A DNA stretch of 64,000 bases from an uncultured Planctomycetota bacterium. GTDB lineage: Bacteria > Planctomycetota > Planctomycetia > Isosphaerales > Isosphaeraceae. The stretch covers positions 352,001 to 416,000 of the forward strand of contig CAWGMQ010000005.1 in assembly GCA_963823665.1 (NCBI GenBank), given 5' to 3'. Numbering within the stretch: position 1 is the first letter of the stretch; every line of letters begins with the position of its first letter. Under the pieces are notes generated by a model that made no database searches, was not told where the DNA came from, and saw nothing but the letters and a program-made list of their open reading frames with translations. Shown piece after piece: positions 32,366-43,877 of this stretch. The position numbers were made by a program, and so were the translations under genes.

Positions 32366-32400
32366 ATTATGTCCGATTTACAGTCCGTTGTCAACCGGAC
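32366..32400 (-). promoter_or_regulatory. sigma70 promoter TTGACA-N17-CATAAT with an overlapping inverted repeat
   Basis: -35 at 32394-32389, -10 at 32371-32366, spacer exactly 17 nt; GTCCG..CGGAC inverted repeat at 32383-32400 brackets the -35. Confidence 0.75.
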
Positions 32401-32751
32401 AATGTCGCTTTTCATGGCGAGCACATTTCAGACAAATAAGAGTTTCAACGCGCGTTCCTCTGCCTCTCGCAAAGTCGCTTGTGAATCTTCAACCAGAGGC
32501 GCCTGAGGCGAGTTCTTTGCCGCTGCTTCTTGAGCTCTCTGATCGACGGTTTCTTGCGTAGAAGGCGGTACGACCGCATAATCCGGCACGGGCCCACAGC
32601 GAGAGGCAACCCGATTGCTTTTCACATTCGCTTGGATCGTACCGTGCGTTACGAACTTTGCCGGAATGGTTGGCGGCACGCAAGAGGTTCGATCGGCTCC
32701 AAAGCCCCGCAATTATCAGTTCAATGGCACGTCGGTGATGCGAAACCGCGC

Positions 32752-34027
32752 TCAGCGGGGATCCATGGATTGTGGCTCGATTGTTGCGGTCGCCCTGGCG
32801 CCGTTGAGTCGGATCTTGAGTGTTCTGAGCTGCAGAGCTTGCGGCCCGTTTTCGGTCAGAATCGCGTCGCGCGAGATAACCTCACCCCCTGCGCAGGTGA
32901 GAAGCGCCGAGAGCGTCTGCGGGTTGATTCTGGCACCGATCATGCGGACGCTGCCATCGCAAAAGAGGACTGGCGCGGCCTTACTGCCGCCGGCGCCCCG
33001 GAACGTGTAGGGGGCGGCGATACCTCCGGGCGGGCCGAAGCCCTTGAAAGCAGGGCCGACGTCGATGTCCTCGGGCTTGGTCCAGGGGATCTTGCGCGGG
33101 CTCGACCGAGCTGACGATCACGGTATTCGACGTGCCGTCGGTGATGTTCTGGAGGCGGATCGAGCCGCCGGCCAATGGCGGGGTCTTGGGGTCGACCTGT
33201 TTCGCTCCGCCGGGCCGGAAAACCGATCCGGGACCGACGAATGCGGCGTAGTGTGTGTAAGGCTCTTTCTTGTCGCCATGAATCGGGTCGCGGTAAACGT
33301 CGGGCATCCTGTCGAGGAGCGCCTTGTTCTTGGGAGAATCCCAGGGCTCGCTGAAGTCGTAGGCGTTGTATACGGCATTGGCCTCGAGATACGGGAGGAG
33401 CAGCACGCGCCAGGAGTGCCAAGGCTTGCCGTCGGGCCCGTAGATGACCGCGGGGGGCAACTTGCCGTGCACCGAAATGAAATTGTGCACGGCTAGACCG
33501 ATCTGTTTCATGTTGTTGATCGACCGGGCGCGGGAAGCGTCCTCGCGTGGATCGGCTGCGATTGCATCGGACCGCTCGGCCAAGAAAGGGATCTCGTCCG
33601 GCAGCGCGCGGAGCTGCGCGGTCGTGGTCGGGACCGGCCGGAGGAGCCAGGCCGCGTCGTTGACCCGCACGCGCGCAGCGGCTTTGGCTCCGGTCTTGAG
33701 GGTGAATATCGACCCCGCGGCGACGTCTGTGACCTGGACGCGTAGCACACGGCGCTCGCTCGCCGGTTTTGAGTCGTTGGTGACGAGGAGGTAATACCCT
33801 TCGGCGAAATACGAGCCCAGATTATTGCGGATCTGGGGTGACATCAATTCGGACGGCCCGAGAAGGATCGTCCCGTCCGGGTCAACGCGCGTAATGGTCA
33901 CGAACTGCGGCCCGGCGAGCGGAGCCTGCAGAACCGATTCGCCGGCTTTCTGGGCCTGGGCGAACGCCGCAGCGGGTGCGAAAAGCAAGGCCAGTGACAG
34001 GGCGAAACCATGGTGGCGGAGCCGCAT
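32752..34027 (-). CDS. DUF1559 domain protein with Sec-type signal peptide (frameshift near 33095)
   Basis: RARSINNMKQIGLAVHNF, HSWRVLLLPYLE, EPWDSPKN, ITDGTSNT; continues as KIPWTKPED..VLFCDGSVR..AGGEVI. Confidence 0.85.
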
Positions 34028-34186
34028 GAAGCATCTCCTCTGGTCTGAGGTGTCGTTGCCGCTGCGCTAGCGCACGACGACTGAAGCTCTCGGAGTCGAA
34101 GGCACGGTCGCTGCCGGCATGCGTTCCCGGGCGCCAGCGATTATCCGCTCGGGACCGGGCGCAAGCAATGCTGCGAGGCGAACGGG

Positions 34187-34808
34187 CTAGAGAACCAACG
34201 TGCTCAAGAGAAAGACGACAACGTGCAAGCCAAGCAGACCGGCGCTCAAAACCGCGGCTTCCACCCGATGAAAGAACGGACGATTCAACATGTAAAGTCC
34301 GCAGAAGAGACAGATCACAGATGCTGTCAGCGACAAGATGAACATCTTGACGAAGAAATCCATGCAGGCGTCGGTGAACCCGCCCACCGTGCGTGCGAGC
34401 AGCCGATTCGCCGTCACATTCCATGCCGGGCCTGAGACTCCGGCACACGTCCATGCCAGAACGATGAGGCACCCAGGCAGAGTGCGCCACAGCGGCTCGG
34501 CAACTCCGGCGATTGCGGCGGTCTCCGCCTTTTGGCGGAACGGCGGCGGTCAGTTCAGGCTCGGGCGACGATGAGGGGTTTGCACACGTGTCGAGCTGCA
34601 CCTCGAGCGGCGGCGTGCTCGCGATTCTCGCAACGAATCTAATCACCGCGAACGAGATTGAGAGCATCACACGGCCGAGGATGACACCCGTTGCCAGCCC
34701 AAATACGACAAAGGCAAGATCGTACGGCCAGACGCGCGCCGCCAGGAGAACGGCAATGAGGGCGATCAGCAAGGCGATCGATCGGATTCTTGTGCGAAGG
34801 ACGAGCAC
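34187..34808 (-). CDS. Probable multi-TM hypothetical protein (frameshift near 34525)
   Basis: RIRSIALLIALIAVLLAA N-terminus; further hydrophobic helices in an adjacent open frame. Confidence 0.4.
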
Positions 34809-34849
34809 GTTCGAGGCTCGCGAACGAGACGGAAATTCGTGGCGTGCAT

Positions 34850-35251
34850 TCAATTCGCCTTTGGTGGCGCGGCGACCATCGGCTTCAGGTTGGCGGGCTC
34901 GGGAAGTGTGCTGAGTGGAATGCAATTGGTCCACCTGAGCGGCTCATCGTATCGGACGTGGATTCCGTTCGCGAAGTTGACGTACACCGTCCCGAGCTTA
35001 TCGGTCGGGTGGTAGCGATCGACTTGATAAGAATCCTGCGCACTGACGTAGACCAGTCGTTCGTCGGTAACCAGGTACGGATCGTCACCGATTTCCAGGG
35101 CGAATCTCGTGCGCACCGTTTGCTTCGCGACGTAGACCGTCCCAAGATGGTAAGCGAAGAATAGGCCGAGCAGGATTGAGAGGGCGGCGGCGGTGCAAAT
35201 GAGAGCCCGCTTGATGAACTCTTCGCGCCTGACGGATGTTAATCCAGTCAT
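34850..35251 (-). CDS. Membrane-anchored hypothetical protein
   Basis: TM helix ALICTAAALSILLGLFFAY followed by a short beta-rich domain. Confidence 0.45.
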   Translation of the reverse strand: MTGLTSVRREEFIKRALICTAAALSILLGLFFAYHLGTVYVAKQTVRTRFALEIGDDPYLVTDERLVYVSAQDSYQVDRYHPTDKLGTVYVNFANGIHVRYDEPLRWTNCIPLSTLPEPANLKPMVAAPPKAN

Positions 35252-35642
35252 ACACACCACCCGTCGTCGACACGCGATCTCGTCCGCGCTGAACGATGAA
35301 TCGCCTTCAGCCGGAGAACCCTTGCGAGAGAATGACTTCCGCAATCAAGGATACCCGTCCGGTGAGCCACCACAAGAGGTGAGAAGGCGGTTTCGCAGCG
35401 CGCGCTCCGCCCTTCGCTAACTTATTGCGTCATGCCACTGCGCTAGGATTTATGTTTTTTTTTCTTAACCGCTTCGGATTGCGCCCACCACGTCGTCGGG
35501 CCGCTGCGTCTTTTGCGACTACCCCATTGTGCACACCGTGCGCCATTATGGTTGCTCACTGTGATGCATGTATTACATCAGTTTTGTTCACTGATGAACC
35601 AACCAATGAAATAGCAACCAACAGACCTGACAGGTGAAGACG

Positions 35643-38626
35643 ATGGGCATCGATAGAAAACGCACGCGGCGGTCGCGTGGCGCGTCGGCAGGGTTTTTCG
35701 GGTTGAGCCGCTCGAGCAACGGGCGCTCCTGGCGGCTACGACCGAGACGTTCAATGCGCCGTCATTGACCGATTTGATTGCACTGGCGCATCAGGGCCAG
35801 GATACGGCCCCCGCGGGAATTGCGCGGATGGTGAGCGCACTGGCATCGCAGCTCACGAGCGGGCCGCTCGCTGATCTTACGGCTGGCACCGTCGACGGCA
35901 ATGGGTTTGTCACCGAAGTGCAGAGCGTGGTGGCGAGCTATGCGACCAGTGTCGACAGCGCGCTCTTGCCCGAGTTCCCCAATGTCGACACGCTGCTGCA
36001 GCTCGAGGGGCAGCGGATTGTGGCCGACGAGACATCGCTGAATCAGCAGGAGGCGATTGGACTGCTCTCCAGCTCTGACTTAACCAGCCAAGCCGGGGCA
36101 GCCATCAATGCCCTGACGGCCGGTCCGCTCTTCTCGCTGCAAACGCCGCTCTCCGGCTACGCGGCCGCCACGCAGGCCTTTGAATCCGAACTGAACACCC
36201 TGGAACAGAGCCTGGGCTCTTCTTCAACGACACCGGTCACGCCTGCGGACGCGAGCACGACAATGCTGGCGGAAACCCTGGCCTATCAAACCGATATTCA
36301 CGCCTCGGCGCAGGTCACGCATCCCAACATCTCGAATATGGTGGACCAGGCCGTAACAAATCTCGAAAACACTGCAAGCTCGATTTCCTCGATGAGCAGC
36401 TCGGATGCACAGTCGGCAATCAGCAGTGCGATCACGGCGTTCGATACGGCGATCTACGATACGACCGGGATCTTCGGACCTCAGGGTGCGATCAGCGAAT
36501 CGATCAATTCCGGACGCGGATTTGCCCCTCAAACGGTCGACAACCGCGACGCCTTCAGCCTGACCGCCGTCTCCGGCAGCGCCAGCAGTGGAACCGCGAC
36601 CTTGACCGCAACCCTCACCACCTCAAGTGGCACCGGAATATCGGGCGCCGCGGTATACTTCACGCTTGACGGCGCGTTTGCCGGCATCGCGGCGACCGAC
36701 AGCGACGGAGTCGCAACACTGTCCGGCGTCCCGACATCCGACACCGTCGGAACAGACACCGGGGGAGTCGTCGCGTACTACGCGGGGAGCATTCAAGAGA
36801 AGTCCAGCATCGCTTCGGGCGACTTGACGGTTTCGGCGCTGGCCACCAGCGTCGCCAGCGTATCCGGAACAGCCAACTTCGGTGGCAGCGCCACTCTGGT
36901 CGCGACGCTTACGTCGACCTCGACAGGCCAGGGAATCTCAGGCGAGACGGTCTCGTTCACTCTCGACAACACGTCCGTCGGAACGGCGACGACCGACAGC
37001 AGCGGCGTCGCGACGCTCAGCGGCGTGACGACCACCGATGCCGCCGGCACCTACACCGATAACGTTGTGGCCAGCTTCGCGGGCGATTCGACTTACGCAG
37101 CCTCCAGCGGCACGGGCGACCTGACAGTTGCACAGGCAGGCACAACCCTCGCCAGCGTCTCGGGCACGGCATCCTTCGGCGGCGACGCCACCTTGGTCGC
37201 CACTCTCACCTCCAATGTCACAAGCCAGCCAATTTCCGGCGAAACCGTCGACTTCACGATCAGCGGCACCTCGGTCGGATCGGGCACCACCAACAGCAGT
37301 GGCGTTGCAACCTTCACGACAACCTCAGCGACCAGCTTGCCAGTCGGCGCCAACCCCGGCGCGGTGGGGGCCACCTTCGCGGGCGACACGAACTACACCG
37401 CCGCCCCAGCCGCAACGGGCGGCTTGACAGTCTCAACGGCCGCCACCACCCTCGGCAGCGTCTCCGGCACGGCATCCTTCGGCGGCGATGCAACCCTGGT
37501 CGCCACACTCACCTCCAATGTCACAAGCCAGCCAATTTCCGGCGAGACCGTCGACTTCACAATCAGCGGAACGTCGGTCGGATCGGCCACCACGAACAGC
37601 AGCGGCGTCGCCACCTTCACGACGACTTCGCCAATAAGCTTGCCGGTCGGTGACAACTCCGGCGTCGTCGGGGCCACCTTCGCGGGCGACACGAACTACG
37701 CCGCCGCCCCGGCCGCGACGGGCGACTTGACGGTCTCAACGGCCGCCACCACGCTTGCTAGCGTCTCGGGCACGGCATCGTTCGGCGGCGACGCCACCTT
37801 GGTCGCCACTCTCACCTCCAATGTCACAAGCCAGCCAATTTCCGGCGAAACCGTCGACTTCACGATCAGCGGCGTGTCGGTCGGGTCAGGCACCACCAAC
37901 AGCAGTGGCGTTGCCACCTTCACAACGACCTCGCCCATCAGCTTGCCGGTCGGTGACAACTCCGGCGTCGTGGGGGCCAGCTTCGCGGGCGACACCAATT
38001 ACGCGGCCGCCCCGAACGCTACGGGCGACCTGACGGTTTCACAGGCCGCCACCACGCTCGCCAGCGTCTCGGGCACGGCATCCTTCGGCGGCGACGCAAC
38101 CTTGGTCGCCACGCTCACCTCCAACGTCACAAGCCAGCCGATTTCCGGCGAAACCGTCGACTTCACGATCAGCGGCACATCCCTCGGGTCGGGCACCACC
38201 AACAGCAGTGGCGTCGCCACGTTCACAACGACTTCGCCAGTCAGCTTGCCGGTCGGTGACAACGCCGGAGTCGTCGGCGCCAGCTTCGCGGGTGACAGCA
38301 ACTACGCGGCCGCCCCGAATGCCACTGGCGACCTGACGGTCTCGCCGGCAGCCACGGGCTTCTCGAATGTCGTGGGCATTCTCAGCTCGGGATCGGCCGA
38401 CCTGTCGGCCACGCTCACCTCGTCGGTTTCGGGTCAACCGATCTCCGGGGTATCGGTCGAATTCTTCATCGGCACCACCGACGTCGGACCGGCGACCACC
38501 GACAGCAACGGCATTGCCACGCTCCCGGACATCTCGACGTCCGAGCCTTCGGGTACGGCGATATCAGTCACGTTCGCGGGCAACCCCGACTTTAACACGT
38601 CGACCGGCAACGGAACGCTGACGTGA
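35643..38626 (+). CDS. Planctomycete extracellular Ig-like repeat protein / adhesin (frameshift near 35690)
   Basis: Basic N-terminus MGIDRKRTRRSR, then in the next frame RVFRVEPLEQRALLA (planctomycete export motif); Ser/Thr/Gly/Ala-rich; about 7 Ig-like repeats. Confidence 0.85.
37141..38350 (+). repeat. Four near-identical 303-bp (101 aa) intragenic tandem repeats
   Basis: TLASVSGTASFGGDATLVATLTSNVTSQPISGETVDFTISG recurs at about 37141, 37444, 37747 and 38050. Confidence 0.93.
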
Positions 38627-38769
38627 CGGATTGACGACCTGCTATCATCGACCGTTTGAACGCTGCGCAGAGAAGCTCCTCTTGATCGGTTGGCCACCGC
38701 CCCGCTACAATTGTCGGATGCATGCGGTGGATTCCGGTCCTGTCATGCCGAACCTGAGGAGCTTGATCG

Positions 38770-40005
38770 ATGCGATGCGCGCAGACGGCCATATCCGTCT
38801 TCTGGTCCTTGCCGCTGGTCCTGAACCTGATGGTCGCGGCTCGCGCGGGGGATATCGAGATCCGCGGGCGCGTGGTTGACGAAGCGGGCGGGCCGGTGGC
38901 GGACGCGGCCATCGACTATTTTTGGCGGGCCAATGGATCGGGTCGAGGGGGCGACGGTAAGTTTCTCGATATGAAAGTCGAAGCGAATATCAAGCTTTTC
39001 TGGGCGAACCTGGGGAAGATGGAACCCATGCATCCGGATGCGAAAACCGGGCCGGACGGCACGTTTCGCATCAAGGTCTCGGAGATCTACCACGCGGTGA
39101 TGGCGATGGACCGGTCGCGGCAGCGCGGCGGGCTGGTCCTTCTTCCCAAGGGAGACGCCCGGGCTCCCATCGAGATCCGTATCGGGCCCCTGGTCAAAGT
39201 TCGGGGGAAGTTTGAAGGCCCGCAAGCGGGCCTGGAGCCTGGCTGGACTCACGTCTACACGCAGGTGCCACCCGACCCGACGCGCCCGCTGCATACGAAC
39301 CGGCTCGTTAGTTGCGGCTCATACGAGGGCCGGTTCGAGATGCTGCTGCCGCCGGGTCGGTACCTGTTGAATGGATACAATGAAGGCAATCTGCGACTCA
39401 AGCCGGACAAAGAAATCGTCCTGAGCGCTCAAACGCCGGAGGTCAATCTGGGCGTACTTCGTTTGTCATCCGGCGACATTTCAATGGAAGACCGAGTGAA
39501 GCGCTCCAAGGAAAGCGGCTGGGGCGACTACACACAGCACTTTGGCCAGCAGCTTCCGCGCTGGCACATCAACGACGCGCGGGGTGTGAGCAAGGACGTG
39601 CAGGTCTCGGATTTCAAAGGCAAGTGGGTTTTGCTCGACTTCTGGGGTTTCGGCTGCCGCCCCTGCTTGTGGACAGGCTTACCCAACCTGATGAAATTCT
39701 ACGAAGAACACGCGGCCGATCGCGACCGGTTCGAGATTCTGGCGATCTGCTGCGACTACGACAACGAATTCAAGACAATGGCCGACGTGGACCGCCGGCT
39801 TGCGCCAATCGTCGAGCACGTGTGGGGCGGGAAGACGTTGCCGTTTCCGGTCATGCTCGACAGCTCGTTCAAGACCTGGGAAAGCTTCGGATTGCAGGGG
39901 ATGGGGACGGTGCTGCTGATCGATCCGGAGGGCAAGCTCGTCAAGGGCGATGAGACGGTTCTGGCGGAAAAGCTGCGCGACAAGGCGAGAAGCGTGCCGA
40001 AGTGA
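38770..40005 (+). CDS. Exported TlpA/redoxin family protein with N-terminal beta-sandwich domains
   Basis: Signal peptide; IRGRVVDEAGGPVADA; FKGKWVLLDFWGFGCRPC; LIDPEGKL. Confidence 0.85.
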   Translation: MRCAQTAISVFWSLPLVLNLMVAARAGDIEIRGRVVDEAGGPVADAAIDYFWRANGSGRGGDGKFLDMKVEANIKLFWANLGKMEPMHPDAKTGPDGTFRIKVSEIYHAVMAMDRSRQRGGLVLLPKGDARAPIEIRIGPLVKVRGKFEGPQAGLEPGWTHVYTQVPPDPTRPLHTNRLVSCGSYEGRFEMLLPPGRYLLNGYNEGNLRLKPDKEIVLSAQTPEVNLGVLRLSSGDISMEDRVKRSKESGWGDYTQHFGQQLPRWHINDARGVSKDVQVSDFKGKWVLLDFWGFGCRPCLWTGLPNLMKFYEEHAADRDRFEILAICCDYDNEFKTMADVDRRLAPIVEHVWGGKTLPFPVMLDSSFKTWESFGLQGMGTVLLIDPEGKLVKGDETVLAEKLRDKARSVPK

Positions 40006-40027
40006 TCGGCGCGCCACTCAACTTTCG

Positions 40028-41284
40028 TCAATCACGGCGAAATTGAGATTCGCGCGGGGCATCGTAACGCACGTTCATTTCCGGTGTCTCCACCATCGCG
40101 CCGCCGCGATGGAGGGAATCCACGGCCGCAATCACCATGCCGGAGGTGAGGAGCGTTCGCTCAATCGGATAGTTGGCGCGACCGTTCATGACCAGGTCTT
40201 CGATGTGGCGAACAAGCGGGTTGAAAAAATCGGCCGTTGTAGCGCTTTGACCGGGCATGGGAAGGTACATCTGGCAGGAGATGATCTCGCCATTGTCTGC
40301 TCGCAACCCGGCGTAATTGAAGTCTCGGATCGAGGCCAGGAATAACGTGGTGCGAAAGCCATCCACATGATCGATCAAATAACCAAGCATGGCGGGAAAT
40401 GATTTCCGCGCCCATTCGAACGTGACGGCATCGCTCAGATAGCCGGTCGTGGCAGGTAGATTGTGGCTCCGGTTGAGCGCGGCCACCATGAGCCGGCGAG
40501 TGGTTGCGCGGTCGTCGCCCTCGAGGGCACGCCACAGCGCCTGGTCTCGCAAAGCCTGAATTCGGCGGATACCTCGTTCGCCGCCCCGCCGCCGTTCCGA
40601 CATGCATTGCGCGGTTTCGAGCCCGTGAAAGTCGTAGCTGTCGACGCCGCCGTAACCCACGCAGACGCTTTCGACCAGTGGGGCATCATACGGGACATCG
40701 ATCTGGGGCAGCCGCCAGGTGACGGGTAACGACGAGCCGGCCAGAAACGCGAAGCCGAGCCGGCGCGAGTCTTCGACCATTTCGCGGCAGCGAGGCCACG
40801 TAGTGGAGAGGTGCTTGTCGTTGAAGACCGGAACGCTGCGGCGGCTCTGCTCGTACACCCTCACCACTCGCTTGAAGAATTCATAACGCGGGTAAAGAGT
40901 CTGGCCTTTCTCGTTTTTGGGGTAGCGCCCATGCTCGGCGATCAAGACCACACCATCGACGGCCAAGCTTGATCCACCCAGGCAGAGCGCTTCTTCGATC
41001 GATGGAAACAACTTCAGTTTGTGCCGGGCGATTCGCTCGCGGCACAGGTCGTCCTCGGGAAACTGATCAATATAGACCGCGGCGATGTCGAACCGTGGTG
41101 CGACCCACGCTCCGCCCCAAGTGTAGCCCAGAGTCATGCGATCAAGGAAGTGCTGAGCGTGAGAAAGCGGTCGCACCACCGTGCCGATGAAGGCGACCTT
41201 TTTTCTGGGCTGTGCTGCCCGCGCCAGAGTCTGGTTCAGCGAGAGCGCAGCGGAGCTTGCCAGGAATTGGCGTCGTGTGGTCAT
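40028..41284 (-). CDS. Tat-exported conserved hypothetical protein (Rossmann/Gfo-Idh-MocA-like)
   Basis: MTTRRQFL signal; VDGVVLIAEHGRYP, VFNDKHLS, AGSSLPVTWRLP, YDFHGLE, YPIERTLLTSG. Confidence 0.8.
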   Translation of the reverse strand: MTTRRQFLASSAALSLNQTLARAAQPRKKVAFIGTVVRPLSHAQHFLDRMTLGYTWGGAWVAPRFDIAAVYIDQFPEDDLCRERIARHKLKLFPSIEEALCLGGSSLAVDGVVLIAEHGRYPKNEKGQTLYPRYEFFKRVVRVYEQSRRSVPVFNDKHLSTTWPRCREMVEDSRRLGFAFLAGSSLPVTWRLPQIDVPYDAPLVESVCVGYGGVDSYDFHGLETAQCMSERRRGGERGIRRIQALRDQALWRALEGDDRATTRRLMVAALNRSHNLPATTGYLSDAVTFEWARKSFPAMLGYLIDHVDGFRTTLFLASIRDFNYAGLRADNGEIISCQMYLPMPGQSATTADFFNPLVRHIEDLVMNGRANYPIERTLLTSGMVIAAVDSLHRGGAMVETPEMNVRYDAPRESQFRRD

Positions 41285-41431
41285 GGTGGTTTTTCCGACG
41301 GTGGGGTGAGGAGTGGGGGAGCGGGGGCTCGTCTCTGCACTGTATCTCAGAATAGAATCGAAGGCGGCGAGTGAATCAAGAGAGCGGGACTCTCTTGGCG
41401 CAGGCCGATCGAGGAAACCTTGCGATTCTTC

Positions 41432-43850
41432 ATGAGCACGGATCGGGACGAGCATGGCGAGCCTGGCGGGCGAAATTCGAGCGAGCCAGCTACCGGCCCG
41501 AGACGTCCGTGGCTGGCTTCCCTCGCGGTGTTTTGTTTCGCACTCGCGGCGCTGGTGCCCACGATTGGCGACTTCGGCCTGACCTGGGACGAGCCGGCGT
41601 ATCGCTACAGCCAGGTCGTCTCCCAGCAGTGGTGGGAACAACTGGGCAACGCTCGAACATGGCAAGACTCGAGCTCCCTGCTTGATCCCGATCAGCTTCT
41701 CTACTACTGGCCCTATGGCCGGCACGGGATCAATTTTCATCCTCCGTGGGCCGGCCAGTTGAACCTGGCGAGCTACGCGATCTTCGGCCACTGGCTCAAG
41801 GACATCCCCGCGCGGCGGATGGCAACCGTGATTCAGTTTGCACTGACGATCACGATTGGATTCCAGTTCCTTGCCAGGCGCTTTGGATTCTGGGCCGGTG
41901 CGGTCGCGGCCGGATCGCTGCTCTTCTTGCCGCGTCTGTATGGGCAGGCGCATCTGATCGATACCGATATGCCGGGCCTCTTGCTCTGGGCGGCGACCGC
42001 GGTGGCATTCTGGAAGGGGTTGTACGAGCCGCGTGCGCGGCGATGGCGGGTCGCTGTCGGTGTGCTGCTGGGTCTGGCGTTCATCGAAAAGATGGGGGCT
42101 GTGGTCGTGTTGCTTCCCCTGTTGATCTGGATGAGCGCGGTCGGGCTGCCGCGGGCGTTCTTCCGGCGCGGGGCAAAGCACGCGTGGTTCGACGGCGTAC
42201 TGACCTCGGGTTTGATGCTCGCTCCGCTGGCACTGGCCTTCCAGCAAATCCAGATCCTGCAGCGCCAGTTCCCACCGCCTCAGTTCACGGACCTGTTCAG
42301 GGATCGGCCCGCGAGCGACTGGCCCGGCGCGATCCTGGCCATACCGCTCTTCTTCTGGCTCTCGCGCCGGCTGCTGGGGCGGCTCTTCCCGGGCAGCAAG
42401 GTCTGGGGCGTCGAGCGGCCGGTGCTCGAAACGTGGACTGCGATCCTTGCCTTCGCGCCCCTCGTCGGCTGGCTGGGCAATCCGGCTTGGTGGCGGGAGA
42501 CGCTGCCAAGGCTTGCACATTACTACACGCTCTCCGCCGGGAGGAAAGGAAGCCTGCCGGACATCTCGATCATCTATTTCGGGCAGGTCTACGAATTTAG
42601 CCTGCCGTGGCATAACGGATGGGTTTTGATGGCGATCACGGTTCCGGCCGCGGTGCTGGGCGCGGCAGCGGTCGGGCTCGTGTGGGGCCTTTGCCGCGTC
42701 CGGCGCGATCGCCTGCCTCTCTACTTCTTGATGCACTTCGTCACACTGCCGATCATCCGGATGTACCCGACCCCAGCCCACGACGGAGTGCGGCTTTTTC
42801 TGCCCACATTCTTCTTCCTGGCGGCCTTTGCGGGCTGGGGCAGCGTCTGCGTGGCAGAGATTCTCTCGCGAACGACACGACTGGCCGCGGCCTTCGCGCG
42901 GCCGTTGGTGGGGAGCCTGGTTCTTGCTTCAGCCGCTGCCGCGCTGGTAGGAATCCATCCCTACGAGCTATCGTATTACAACGAACTGGTGGGCGGACCG
43001 CGGCGCCTGGGAACGCGGGTTCGAACTCTCCTACTGGTATGACGCATTCACGCCGGGCGTGATCGCCGATCTTAACAACAGATTTCCGCCGAGTGCCCAG
43101 GTGGAGTTCCTGAACAAAAAGACTGATACGGCTGTCGCCGTCTTTCAGGACCAGCGAAGCCTGAGAATCCTGCGGGGCGACATCATGCTCGGTTGGGGCA
43201 AACCGGGCTTCCCGTTCGCCTGGCTGCTCACTCAGGATTCCAAAGCGACGAGTTTCACCCGGCTGCTCTTTGCGATGCGGCCGTGGTACTCGCGCGAGCC
43301 AAGTCAGCTCGGGGGCGCGCGGGTTGCTACCGTGAGCGATCCGCTGGCCGTCTCACGCGCCTGGGGGCTGTTCGTGCTGCTGGAGGCGTCAGACCTCCAC
43401 CGCCGCGAACCTCCGGCCGCACCGCGGTGGGTGACAACGTATGTGCCATGGCTGGGGCGGTTCTGGGGTGACGGCCTGACCAAAGACCATGCGCTTGCGA
43501 TCAATCAACGGGTGCTCGATTGGTCGCGTTCTGATCCTGACGGGCTTGCGAAGGCCGCGCGGCATCTCGCCCTTGCCCGGCCGCTCGAGGACGATGAAAA
43601 CGCCAGGCGGCTGCACGCGCTGGTCACGTCCGATCGCAGCCGGGAAGGCTCAACCCAGCGTGAAGGATATTTGAACCAGCTCATTTCTGCCCGCGCGGAG
43701 GGTTTGCTGGAAGCCGTCCAGATCCTGAACAGGCACCGTGACGAGGTGATCGCAGTGATGACCCGATACGGCTATACGGACCCGAACAGGATCGGCGGCT
43801 ACCTCGACCGCGACCTTGCCGAACCTGCTCAGCTTGGCAACAGCCAGTGA
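41432..43850 (+). CDS. GT-C (PMT/ArnT-like, GT39/83) membrane glycosyltransferase (frameshift near 43002)
   Basis: GLTWDEP, FHPP, PRLYGQAH..TDMP, HDGVRLFLP, HPYELSYYNELVGG; continues as WERGFELSYWYD. Confidence 0.82.
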
Positions 43851-43877
43851 ATTCGAGCGGGCCTGTTCGATAGCAGC

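Noticed and set aside
32428..32712. 94 aa minus-strand ORF upstream of the island promoter
   Set aside because: No RBS or motif; could be a gene remnant but is unsupported.
30005..32750. Prophage or integrative element at asnS
   Set aside because: No integrase, transposase, tRNA or att-like direct repeat seen; reported only as an island.
37141..38350. CRISPR-like array
   Set aside because: 303-bp in-frame coding repeats without unique spacers; no cas genes.
41285..42781. N-terminal 500 aa of the 917 aa minus-strand ORF
   Set aside because: Overlaps the plus-strand glycosyltransferase; the real start is the Tat signal at 41284.
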